From: Pristiophorus japonicus
Lineage: Eukaryota
Reading direction: 5' to 3'
Assembly: GCF_044704955.1 (NCBI RefSeq)
Contig: NC_091996.1
Location: forward strand, 97,526,001-97,590,000
DNA: 64,000 bases
Part shown: piece by piece, positions 1-11,040 of the stretch
Layout of the letters: every line of letters starts with the position of its first letter
How positions within the stretch are numbered: position 1 is the first letter of the stretch
Program-made: the position numbers and the translations under genes
Notes under the pieces: generated by a model
Told to the model about the DNA's origin: nothing
Database searches by the model: none
The model's input: the letters and a program-made list of their open reading frames with translations, nothing else

Positions 1-1330
1 GCGGGGCTCCCTCAGCACTGTCCCTCCGACAGTGCGGCATTCCCTCAGTACTGCCCCTCCGACAGTGCGGGGCTCCCTCAGCACTGTCCCTCCGACAGTG
101 CGGCACTCCCTCAGTACTGCCCCTCCGACAGTGCGGGGCTCCCTCAGTACTGCCCCTCCGACAGTGCAGCGCTCCCTCAGTACTGCCCCTCCGACAGTGC
201 GGCACTCCCTCAGCACTGTCCCTCCGACAGTGCGGGGCTCCCTCAGTACTGCCCCTCCGACAGTGCGGGGCTCCCTCAGTACTGCCCCTCCGACAGTGCG
301 GCGCTCCCTCAGTACTGCCCCTCCGACAGTGCGGGGCTCCCTCAGCACTGTCCCTCCGACAGTGCGGCACTCCCTCAGTACTGCCCCTCCGACAGTGCGG
401 CACTCCCTCAGTACTGCCCCTCCGACAGTGCGGGGCTCCCTCAGTACTGCCCCTCCGACAGTGCGGGGCTCCCTCAGCACTGTCCCTCCGACAGTGCGGC
501 ACTCCCTCAGTACTGCCCCTCCGACAGTGCGGTGCTCCCTCAGCACTGTCCCTCCGACAGTGCGGCACTCCCTCAGTACTGCCCCTCCGACAGTGCGGGG
601 CTCCCTCAGCACTGTCCCTCCGACAGTGCGGCACTCCCTCAGTACTGCCCCTCCGACAGTGCGGGGCTCCCTCAGTACTGCCCCTCCGACAGTGCGGCAC
701 TCCCTCAGCACTGTCCCTCCGACAGTGCGGGGCTCCCTCAGTACTGCCCCTCCGACAGTGCGGGGCTCCCTCAGTACTGCCCCTCCGACAGTGCGGGGCT
801 CCCTCAGTACTGCCCCTCCGACAGTGCGGCGCTCCCTCAGTACTGCCCCTCCGACAGTGCGGGGTTCCCTCAGCACTGTCCCTCCGATAGTGCGGCACTC
901 CCTCAGTACTGCCCCTCCGACAGTGCGGCACTCCCTCAGTACTGCCCCTCCGACAGTGCGGGGCTCCCTCAGCACTGTCCCTCCGACCGGCACTCCCTCA
1001 GTACTGCCCCTCCGACAGTGCGGCACTCCCTCAGTACTGCCCCTCCGACAGTGCGGGGCTCCCTCAGTACTGCCCCTCCGACAGTGCGGCGCTCCCTCAG
1101 TACTGCCCCTCCGACAGTGCGGCGCTCCCTCAGCACTGTCCCTCCGACAGTGCGGCACTCCCTCAGTACTGCCCCTCCGACAGTGCGGCACTCCCTCAGT
1201 ACTGCACCTCCGACAGTGCGGGGCTCCCTCAGCACTGTCCCTCCGACAGTGCGGCACTCCCTCAGTACTGCCCCTCCGACAGTGCGGCACTCCCTCAGTA
1301 CTGCCCCTCCGACAGTGCGGCGCTCCCTCA
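1..1330 (-). repeat. 33-bp minisatellite array (~40 units) derived from Deu-SINE internal segment, truncated by window edge
   Basis: Tandem CAGTACTGCCCCTCCGACAGTGCGGCRCTCCCT units with variants cggggc and cagcactgtc; reverse complement of the unit inside the SINE copies at 36535 and 48141. Confidence 0.95.
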
Positions 1331-1678
1331 GATTTTTTTGTGTGATTGCTAAGATGTGCATTGATGCTATTGAGGGAATGCAGCTTCTGCTACTATAAAT
1401 GTGTATTGTGTCACTAAAATCGCACAAAAGGTCTCAGGGAGTTAGCTGCAATACATGGTTGTTGCCCAAGGATATTGTCCTTGGTCTCTGACTGATGATG
1501 CCCATTTACTTGTCGCACACATGTTAGAAATTATCTCTTCAGTTTTCTTAGAATATATTAAGTTCAGCGGGCTGTAAGGGGTGGTTTTCAGGGGGTCAGC
1601 TTTCCCTTCTGACCTTATATGAGTGGTTCCGAATCGCTCCCACACCCTTGGTTCTAGACACTGGAATTATGAAGGGAC

Positions 1679-3297
1679 TGTGACAGACTTGGACAGACAA
1701 TCGGTTTCAAGGTAGGAAGCAGGTATGGCTTTATTGTGTTTAAAAAGAAGTAAAAAGGCACACCTTTAATAACACACACACAGACCAATACACACTGAAG
1801 GGTACAACACATTGAATAAATTGTCCAATTACAGTCTGTGGGGAAAAGAATACAGCTTAAACTCTAAATGGGGTAAAGAGGAGAATGCAGATACATTTAC
1901 ACAAGTTATCCCAGCCTCCCCGCTCCCAATTCCCCTAACTAACTAAGTTATAGCTCTGAGGGTTCAGGGGCTATGTTCACCAATCCCTTTAGACAGTTGC
2001 CGGTGAATCGTGGTTTCGGGGTTCGCTGCACTTGGCCTTCTAGGCGAGCCGTACCCCGGACGGAGGAGAGGACTTCGGACTGCGTAGTCTTCGGTTGGGG
2101 TGCATCCGTTGATGCGGTAAGTTGCGTTTTGGATGTATGGGGTAAATACCCACTTTCTTTGGTTAGGAATAGTTTAGTTAGTCCCTTTTGGTAATTTCTC
2201 ATCCGTTGGTCGTTCCGAAGTAGATTGTAGAGTGGAAATAAAGGTCGATTCTTCAGGTTTTGCTGATTTGGTTTCGGTTGGTCGTTTCGCTGGTTGTAGT
2301 AGCCCGGGTTTGTCAATTTGGCTGCTGACAACCTTCCATTTCGTGGGCCTCGTGCTCAGTCAGTTCGAGATGAGTTCTAGTAGTTTCCTTCATTGCTCCA
2401 TTTCTTCACTCCCCAGCTCCGGCTGCTTGTGTCTGTGTTCCAGTCTGTGCTCTGCTTCTCTCCTATCTTCTGCTAGTTTCTGTGTTCTGCTAGTCTGCGT
2501 GCTGCTCCTTGCTGCTCTTTCCTTGTAAAAACTGGGGGATAGATATATTCCAAAAAAAAGGCTCCGTTATCTTCCATCAAATCTCTTGGGCTCTGTTTGA
2601 ACTGTTCTGTCCACTGATTTTCAAATGTCTCCTTTGTCAGCAGTATGTGAGAGTGTGCTATCACTGGTTTTGCATTATTTTAGAATTGTCCAGTTTCTTG
2701 ACCATGATTTCCATTGTGCTTGATTGGGTAATTCGATTATCTCTTAGAGGGTGAATAGTTCCCCCAGACAGTCTGGGGTCTTTAATACACGAATTTGGCC
2801 CCACCTCCTGTATTTGGTAACTTTTTTTTTTGCAGCCAAAATGTTGTAGAATCTTAAAATTGATATGCTCCTTCCCATAGATGTTTAGGGGATCTCAAAC
2901 TTCTGTAATTTAGCTCCATTTTGAATTCCCTTTCCTATGAGCCCAAACACTGGGGGGGGGGGGGGTCTCCATGAATGCATCCCCTTTTATCCCCCGCAGG
3001 CTGCGTCTGCCCCTTTAAACTCATTTTAAAAACCCAGAAAGGGATTCTTCTCCTCTGTAGGGGAAAGGTACCTGGAATCTTTGCGAGATATTGGTAAATT
3101 CTACAGGGCTGATGGTTATTGAGCTCCCATACCTAAAATAACAATGGGGGAGTTGGCAATGTTACCCCCTGTTACCCCACTGGGTGAGTTCTCGATTGCT
3201 GCCTGGAGCAGGTTTCTCCCGGACCCTGCAATCCTCCTGGGCAGCTCCTGACCTCTAAGCAGGTTGTCTGATTGTCCTCGACTGGGAGCCAACGACA
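1679..3297 (-). mobile_element. Possible LTR/ERV-like relic
   Basis: Starts tgtgaca with a - strand AATAAA ~50 bp inside (1730-1735); candidate right end acgaca at ~3297; TSD only imperfect (ggac/ggaa); no coding signal. Confidence 0.25.
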
Positions 3298-3412
3298 GGA
3301 AGATCTTAAAGAGGGAAGGCAGGAGAGATGCAGAAAAAAATGTAGCTTTTTAGAATTTGCCTATTGCCCTCCAGGTGTTAGGATGCATGTAAATATCCAG
3401 GGGCCCAGGAGA

Positions 3413-3731
3413 GGCGAGGGCCCAGGGGCAGCACGGACCCAGCCCACACTGTGCGATATGTGTGCTCACTGGGTCCGTGCAGCAGAGCAGGTCTCCAGTC
3501 GTCCTGGTTAACCCTTGTCACTGGACCCAGACCTCACTCTGTCAAGCCCGTGTGGTGGCTGGTGTGCAACGGTCACCCCACGTTAAAACAATCCACCCAC
3601 AGGCATCTTCCACCCTTCAGGATGTAGTTCGGGATCCGGAATATTAGGTCCTTCATTGAAACACCTGTGAACTCATCCTTTTTGGTGTGGAAGCAAGTCA
3701 CACTCGCTTCGAGGGATCGCCAATGATGATG
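3413..3731 (+). mobile_element. Non-autonomous RTE-derived element, copy 1
   Basis: Highly similar to 20710-21011 and 47850-48140; ends in RTE-type tail GGAAGCAAGTCA..CGAGGGA..CC.ATGATGAT also present on the coding RTE fragment ending at ~45155. Confidence 0.7.
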
Positions 3732-3732
3732 T

Positions 3733-5968
3733 CTCCCTTAGTATTGCCCTTCTGACAGTGCAGCACTCCCTCAGTACCGCCCCTCCGACAGTGCGGCACT
3801 CCCTCAGTACTGCCCCTCCGACAGTGCGGCACTCCCTCAGTACTGCCCCTCCGACAGTACGGCAGTCCTTCAGTACTGCCCCTCCGACAGAGCGGCAGTC
3901 CTTCAGTACTGCTCCTCCGATGGTGCAGCACTCCCTCAGTACTGCCCCTCCGACAGTGCGGCGCTCCCTCAATACTGCCCCTCCGACAGTGCGGCAATCC
4001 CTCAGTACTGCCCCTCCGACAGTGCGGCACTCCCTCAGTACTGCCCCTCCGACAGTGCAGGGCTCCTTCAGTACTGCCCCTCCGACAGTGCGGCACTCCC
4101 TCAGTACTGCCTCTCCGACAGTGCGGCGCTCCCTCAGTACAGCCCCTCTGACAGTGCAAGGCTCCCTCAGTACTGCCCCTCCGACAGTGTGACACTCCCT
4201 CAGTACTGCCCCTCCGACAGTGCAGGGCTCCCTCAGTACTGCCCCTCTGACAGTGCGGCACTCCCTCAGTACTGCCTCTCCGACAGTGCGGCGCTCCCTC
4301 AGTACTGCCCCTCCGACAGTGCGGCACTCCCTCAGTACTGCCCCTCCGACAGTGCGGCGCTCCCTCAGTACAGCCCCTCCGACAGTGCAAGGCTCCCTCA
4401 GTACTGCCCCTCCGACAGTGTGGCACTCCCTCAGTACTGCCCCTCCGACAGTGCAAGGCTCCCTCAGTACTGCCCCTCCGACAGTGTGGCACTCCCTCAG
4501 TACTGCCCCTCCGACAGTGCGGCACTCCCTTAGTACTGCCCCTCCGACAGTGCAAGGCTCCCTCAGTACTGCCTCTCCGACAGTGCGGCACTCCCTCAGT
4601 ACTGCCCCTCCGACAGTGCAGGGTTCCTTCAGTACTGCTGCTCCGACAGTGCGGCACTCCCTCAGTACTGCCTCTCCGACAGTGCGGCGCTCCCTCAGTA
4701 CAGCCCCTCTGACAGTGCAAGGCTCCCTCAGTACTGCCCCTCCGACAGTGTGACACTCCCTCAGTACTGCCCCTCCGACAGTGCAGGGCTCCCTCAGTAC
4801 TGCCCCTCTGACAGTGCGGCACTCCCTCAGTACTGCCTCTCCGACAGTGCGGCGCTCCCTCAGTACTGCCCCTCCGACAGTGCGGCACTCCCTCAGTACT
4901 GCCCCTCCGACAGTGCGGCGCTCCCTCAGTACAGTCCCTCCGACAGTGTGGCACTCCCTCAGTACTGCCCCTCCGACAGTGCAAGGCTCCCTCAGTACTG
5001 CCCCTCCGACAGTGTGGCACTCCCTCAGTACTGCCCCTCCGACAGTGCGGCACTCCCTCAGTACTGCCCCTCCGACAGTGCAAGGCTCCCTCAGTACTGC
5101 CCCTCCGACAGTGTGGCACTCCCTCAGTACTGCCCCTCCGACAGTGCGGCACTCCCTCAGTACTGCCCCTCCGACAGTGCAAGGCTCCCTCAGTACTGCC
5201 TCTCCGACAGTGCGGCGCTCCCTCAGTACTGCCCCTCCGACAGTGTGGCACTCCCTCAGTACTGCCCCTCCGACAGTGCAAGGCTCCCTCAGTACTGCCC
5301 CTCCGACAGTGTGGCACTCCCTCAGTACTGCCCCTCCGACAGTGCGGCGCTCCCTCAGTACTGCCCCTCCGACAGTGCGGCACTCCCTCAGTACTGCCCC
5401 TCCGACAGTGTGGCACTCCCTCAGTACTGCCCCTCCGACAGTGCGGCACTCCCTCAGTACTGCCCCTCCGACAGTGCGCGCTTCCTCGGCACTGTACTCC
5501 GACAGTGCATCGCTCCCTCAGTACTGCCCCTCCGACAGTGCGGCGCTCCCTCAGTACTGCCCCTCCGACACTGCGGCGCTCCCTCAGTACTGCCCCTCCG
5601 ACAGTGCGGCGCTCCCTCAGTACCGCCCCTCCGACAGTGCGGCGCTCCCTCAGTACTGCCCCTCCGACAGTGCGGCACTCCCTCAGTACTGCCCCTCCGA
5701 CAGTGCGGCACTTCCTCGGCACTGTACTCCGACAGTGCATCGCTCCCTCAGTACTGCCCCTCCGACAGTGCGGCGCTCCCTCAGTACTGCCCCTCCGACA
5801 GTGCATCGCTCCCTCAGTACTGCCCCTCCGACAGTGCGGTGCTCCCTCAGTACTGCCCCTCCGACAGTGCGGCGCTTCCTCAGTACTGCCCCTCCGACAG
5901 TGCGGCATTCCCTCAGCACTGCACTGGGAGTATCGGCCTGGATTATGCGCTGAGTGTGTAGAGTGGTG
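3733..5968 (-). repeat. 33-bp array (~66 units) followed by a partial SINE head
   Basis: Array 3733-5925 runs into gcactgggag..gcctggattatgcgct, the reverse complement of the SINE head-proximal sequence. Confidence 0.95.
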
Positions 5969-6200
5969 GGAAGAACGATTTAGCATGGAGACATTACTCT
6001 CTCAAAACTTTCTAAGTGTAGCCTGTTGGCCTTCTAGAACACCAAAACTAATTTTGACTAAAATCACCCTGATTTATACGTACCTTTTTATAAACAGAAG
6101 TTTAGAACTTTACTCGATATTCTTAATGTGACAGAAGCAAAGACAAATGTAATGTATTTATTACGGCAGTGCACAGTTGTAAAGCTAGCTGCCAACTCAC

Positions 6201-6266
6201 CCCACATCTTTCTCCACAATATTGCTTTTTGCTTATTGCTAAGAAATGCATGGCCGGGAACAAAAC
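6201..6266 (-). CDS. TM4SF (L6 family) paralogue B, coding exon 2 (VLFPAMHFLAISKKQYCGERCG)
   Basis: Acceptor ttttgcacag| and donor |gtgagt; 66 nt, phase 0/0; same length as and homologous to exon 2 of paralogue A (33276-33341). Confidence 0.85.
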
Positions 6267-6755
6267 CTGTGCAAAAACAAAGCAGGAAATAAAAATAAGT
6301 AAGTGACAGCAAATGGGTAGCTTATTAAGAGGTATAAATCGATTAGCACTGTACATTTATCGATTGCGCTGCATGGTGATCAATAGTTTATCATATTATA
6401 AACTTGCACAACATGGATTATGCAACAATCTTTAAGTGTGGACTCCTCATGTACATATCCAGAAAAACACGATAAGGAAGGGGTGTTTTTGCTCTGACTG
6501 ATAGAGGTGGTGAAAATGATGAAGGGTTCGATAGGGTGGATGCAGAGCAACTGTGTGTACTTGTGGGCGAGTCTGGATAAGGGGTTATCAATGTAAGTCA
6601 CCCACTAACAGATTAAAGAAAGGATTTGGAGGGATTCCTTTATACAGGTGATTGGCGAGAATGTGTACTTTGGAGTGATTGAAACATAAGAGCATTGACA
6701 TAAAATCACAAGAAAGGAAACCAACATCGTTAAAACAGATTATCTGGTCATTATC

Positions 6756-7178
6756 TGGGTATACCGATCTTCTCGCTTGAAAAACGAAGGCTGAGGGGTG
6801 AGCTAATAGAGGTCTATAAAATTATGAAAGGTTTTGATGGAGTGGATACAGAGAGAATGTTCCCACTTGTGGGGAAGAGCATAACTAGAGGCCATCAATA
6901 TCAGATAGTCATCCAGAAATCCCACGGGGAATTCAGGAGAAACTTCTTTACCCAGAGAGCGGTGAGAATGTGGAACTCGCTGCTACAGGGAGGGGTTGAG
7001 GCGAATAGTATCGATGTATTTAAGGGGAGGCTGGACAAGTATATGGGGGAGAAGGGAATCGAGGGTTAAGCTGATAGAGTTAGATGGGGAAAGAGGGGAG
7101 GAGGCTCGAGTGGGTCATAAACGCGGGCATGGACTGGCTGGGCCGAACGGCCTGTTTCTGTGCCGTATATCCGGTGTA
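6756..7178 (+). mobile_element. CR1 LINE 3' fragment inserted into a SINE
   Basis: CR1 ORF2 C-terminus (FFTQRAVRMWNSL); flanking attatc duplication at 6750-6755 and 7179-7184; SINE sequence resumes on both sides. Confidence 0.8.
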
Positions 7179-7289
7179 ATTATCACATGGCTGCGGGAGC
7201 TTGCTGTGCACAAATTGGCTGCCGCATTTTCTACCGGACTTCCTACGTTACGACAGCGACGGCACTTCAAAACTGCGTCATTGGCTGTC

Positions 7290-8535
7290 GTGTCAGCTGT
7301 GGCTCACCTGAGTCCGAAGGTCGTGGGTTCAAGCGCCCATTCTAGGGACTTGAGTATAAAAATCTAGGCTGACATTCCCAGTGCAGTACTGAGGGAGCGC
7401 CGCACTGTCGGAGGGGCAGTACTGAGGGAGTGCCGCACTGACGGCGGGGCAGTACTGAGGGAGCGCCGCACTGTCGGAGGGTCAGTACTGAGGGAGCACC
7501 GCACTGTCGGAGGGTCAGTACTGAGGGAGCACCGCACTGTCGGAGGGTCAGTACTGAGGGAGCACCGCACTGTCGGAGGGGCAGTACTGAGGGAGCACCG
7601 CACTGTCGGAGGAGCAGTACTGAGGGAGTGCCGCACTGTCGGAGGGTCAGTACTGAGGGAGCACCGCACTGTCGGAGGAGCAGTACTGAGGGAGCACCGC
7701 ACTGTCGGAGGGGCAGTACTGAGGGAGCACCGCACTGTCGGAGGGGCAGTACTGAGGGAGCGCCGCACTGTCGGAGGGGCAGTACTGAGGGAGCGCCGCA
7801 CTGTCGGAGGGGCAGCACTGAGGGAGTGCTGCACTGTCGGAGGGGTGATACTGAGGGAGCACCGTACTGTTGGAGGGGCGGTACTGAGGGAGTGCTGCAC
7901 TGTCGGAGGGACGGTACTGAGGGAGTGCTGCACTGTCGGAGGGGCAGTAATGAGGGAGGGCCGCGCAGTCGGAGGGGCAGTACTGAGGGAGTGGTTGGAG
8001 GGGCAGTACTGAGGGAGCACCGCACTGTCGGAGGAGCGGTACTGAGGGAGCGCCGCACTGTCGGAGGGGCAGTACTGAGGGAGTGGTCGGAGGGGCAGTA
8101 CTGAGGGAGTGGTCGGAGGGGCAGTACTGAGGGAGTGCCGCACTGTCGGAGGGGCAGTACTGAGGGAGTGGTCGGAGGGGCAGTACTGAGGGAGCGCCGC
8201 ACTGTCGGAGGTGCCGACTTTCAGACAGGACGTTAAACCAGGGCGCTGTCTGCTCTCTCGGGCAAATGTAAAAGATCCCACGGATACTCTTGGAAGGTGA
8301 GCAGGGGAGTTCTCCCCGGTGTCCTGGGGCCGATATTTACCCCTCAATCAACAAAACAAAAACAGCTGATCTGGTCATTATCACACCGCTGTGTGTGGGA
8401 GCTTGCTGTGCACAAATTGGCTGCCGCGTTTCCCACATTATGACAGTGACTACACCCCAAAAAGTACTTCATTGGCTGTAAAGCGCTTTGGGATGTCATG
8501 AGGGCGTGAACGGCGCTATCTAAATGCAAGTCTTT
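7290..8535 (+). mobile_element. tRNA-headed Deu-domain SINE (SacSINE1/AmnSINE1-like) with internal 33-bp array (~25 units, 7384-8210)
   Basis: Head with B-box-like GGTTCAAG, then array, then body (GACGTTAAACC..AAAGATCCCA..GGTGTCCTGG) and L2-like tail AAAGCGCTTTGGGA..GGCGCTAT. Confidence 0.85.
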
Positions 8536-9114
8536 CTGAAGTGCTTTGTGACGACCTGAGGACGTGAAAGGCTCTATTGTAATGCAATGTCTTTTTTTTC
8601 TAAAATGCTTTGAGACGTCAAGGACATGAAAGGCGCTATAGAAATGCAATTTCTTTGTATCTAAAAGCACTTTGCAACAAAATGAAGGCGTGAAAGGCGC
8701 TATAGAAATGAAATTTGTTTCTTTCCAAAGCGCTTTGGGCCGGTCCCGAGGGTGTGAAAGGCGCTGTAGGAATGCGAGGCCTTCCTTTGTAAATCCTTGG
8801 CGGTGAGAGCCAGATGGGTGAGCTAGGAAAAAGATGTCAAGTGATGGAGGCCCAGGGAGGCTGGGAACAAAATGGCGGCGGGCGGGAGGGGAGGGGAGGG
8901 GAGGCCGCCCGGGGCCCGGCAATGGCGGGGGAACGAGGCCGGCAATCACCTCAGCAAAGGGCGGCCTCCCCCTGGGGGACACAATAAATCCCCTCGGGGA
9001 GACGGTCGGCTCACCGGGCCGCCGCCATCACATCGGAAAATCAAAGTCTCTCGACAACAACAGGCCGTGAGTGAGACACAAAGCCTGTCACACCAGTCAA
9101 AATAACACAATGCT

Positions 9115-9640
9115 CAATTCATTCAAGTTAAACATTAATAACTATAAACCAACTTTAAAATGCTTATTAAACATTATTAATGATAAACTAACTGGATAAA
9201 AACTGTCAATAATTCCAATTAAACATTAATAAAGATAAATGGGAGTAACCGTCCAAAAATATAACTTTGGGAAAATTAACTGGAGATAAATGTCAAGCAA
9301 TACAAAAATAAACATTTTTATCCCGTCAATTTATATTATTCAAGAAATTCAAATTAAACATAAATGAGGAAAACTGGATTTAAAAAAGACAATAATTACA
9401 AATGAAAAGTAAATGAGATGAACTAAACTGGATTCAAAATGCCAAGAATTACAAATGTAAACATTAATAAAGGAAGACTAACGGGATAAAAAAAGTTAAA
9501 TGAAACATATAAATAAGATAAATTAACTGGATAAAAACGTCAAGAAATTCAAATTAAACTTTATAATCGCCAAACTAACGATAAAATTGTCAAGAAATAC
9601 AAATATGGGGAAAATTAACTGTTTTTTTTTAAAAAGCCAA
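9115..9640. repeat. Degenerate AT-rich tandem repeat, ~50-bp period
   Basis: Recurring aattaaacattaat..aactggataaaaa..gtcaag motif, about 10 times. Confidence 0.6.
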
Positions 9641-9804
9641 ATGAAAGCAGTAAGAGTTTAGACTTGAACATAAGATTAAAAGTAGAAGTTGTGATGAAAG
9701 GGAGATTTTGGGGAGGGAGGGAGGGAGGGAGATATAAAAGTGACATTGTTGGGCGCCTCCCGCCCTCAGCCGCCGGACAAGATGTGGCTCGAGAAACAAC
9801 ATGG

Positions 9805-10036
9805 ACACGGGGAGGGGGGGTCCCGTCCGTCCCACGGGGAGGGGAGGGGGTCCCGTCCCCGTCCCCGTCCCCGGTCCGTCCGTCCGTCCCACGGGGAGGG
9901 GAGGGGGTCCCGTCCCCGTCCCCGGTCCGTCCGTCCGTCCCACGGGGAGGGGAGGGGGTCCCGTCCCCGTCCCCGTCCCCGTCCCCGGTCCGTCCGTCCG
10001 TCCCATGGGGAGGGGAGGGCGTCCCGTCCCGTCCCG
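9805..10036. repeat. GC-rich minisatellite (GTCC/GTCCCC-based, 4-5 units) at the start of paralogue B intron 1
   Basis: Repeated ggggaggggagggggtcccgtccccgtccccggtccgtccgtccgtcccac. Confidence 0.9.
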
Positions 10037-10043
10037 CTCTCAC

Positions 10044-10220
10044 CAGGAAGCCTCCTCCCACCGCTCCACCCAGGTACAGCACCTCCACCGTCAGGTGCTG
10101 CTCCTGGATGTACACCAGGCTCCAGTTTGGGAAGAAAAGCAGAAGATTGGCCACCACGCAGAAGAAGATGACGGGGAAGAGTGAAACCGCGATGCATCCG
10201 GCACACTCTCTGGGACACAT
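10044..10220 (-). CDS. TM4SF (L6 family) paralogue B, coding exon 1 (MCPRECAGCIAVSLFP...EVLYLGGAVGGGFL)
   Basis: ATG at 10220; MCxxxCxxC start, TM1, FPN motif and GGxxGGG typical of the L6 family; donor |gtgaga at 10043; 177 nt; ~57% identical by eye to paralogue A exon 1. Confidence 0.88.
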
Positions 10221-11040
10221 GCTCTGCCCCTGGCCCTGCCCTGTGTGTGTCTGGGACCTGGCTCCCCCTCTCTTCCCTTCCTTGGAGAAGACCCCCAGCC
10301 CCTGCCCTGCCCCTGCCCTGTGTGTGTGTGTGTGTCTGGGACCTGGCTCCCCCTCTCTTCCCTTCCTTGGAGAAGACCCCCAGCCCCTGCCCTGCCCCTG
10401 CCCTGTGTGTGTGTGTGTGTCTGGGACCTGGCTCCCCCTCTCTTCCCTTCCTTGGAGAAGACCTCCAGCCCCTGCCCCTGCCCTGTGTGTGTGTGTGTGT
10501 GTGTCTGGGACCTGGCTCCCCCTCTCTTCCCTTCCTTGGAGAAGACCCCCAGCCCCTGCCCCTGCCCTGTGTGTGTGTGTGTGTCTGGGACCTGGCTCCC
10601 CCTCTCTTCCCTTCCTTGGAGAAGACCTCCAGCCCCTGCCCCTGCCCTGTGTGTGTGTGTCTGGGATCTGGCTCCCCCTCTCTTCCCTTCCTTGGAGAAG
10701 ACCTCCAGCCCCTGCCCTGTGTGTGTGTGTGTGTCTGGGACCTGGCTCCCCCTCTCTTCCCTTCCTTGGAGAAGACCTCCAGCCCCTGCCCTGTGTGTGT
10801 GTGTGTGTCTGGGACCTGGCTCCCCCTCTCTTCCCTTCCTTGGAGAAGACCTCCAGCCCCTGCCCCTGCCCTGTGTGTGTGTGTGTGTCTGGGACCTGGC
10901 TCCCCCTCTCTTCCCTTCCTTGGAGAAGACCTCCAGCCCCTGCCCCTGCCCCTGCCCTGTGTGTGTGTGTGTGTGTCTGGGACCTGGCTCCCCCTCTCTT
11001 CCCTTCCTTGGAGAAGACCTCCAGCCCCTGGCCCTGCCCC
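10221..11040. repeat. Compound VNTR, 10 units of 74-88 bp with embedded (GT)n and (GCCCCT)n
   Basis: Unit starts ctggga(c/t)ctggctcccc at 10251, 10336, 10421, 10505, 10585, 10661, 10735, 10809, 10889, 10977. Confidence 0.95.

Noticed and set aside
1331-3400. Exons 3-5 of TM4SF paralogue B
   Set aside because: No - strand segment with TM3/GPxC/WxxPF motifs was found; they presumably lie left of the window.
32-5986. Long ORFs made of STAPPTVRRSL / EGAPHCRRGST / QYCPSDSAALP repeats (also 7342-8347, 19255-20433, 36616-37977, 51305-52360)
   Set aside because: The 33-bp unit is 11 codons and stop-free in five of six frames, so long ORFs are automatic; no splice or codon evidence.
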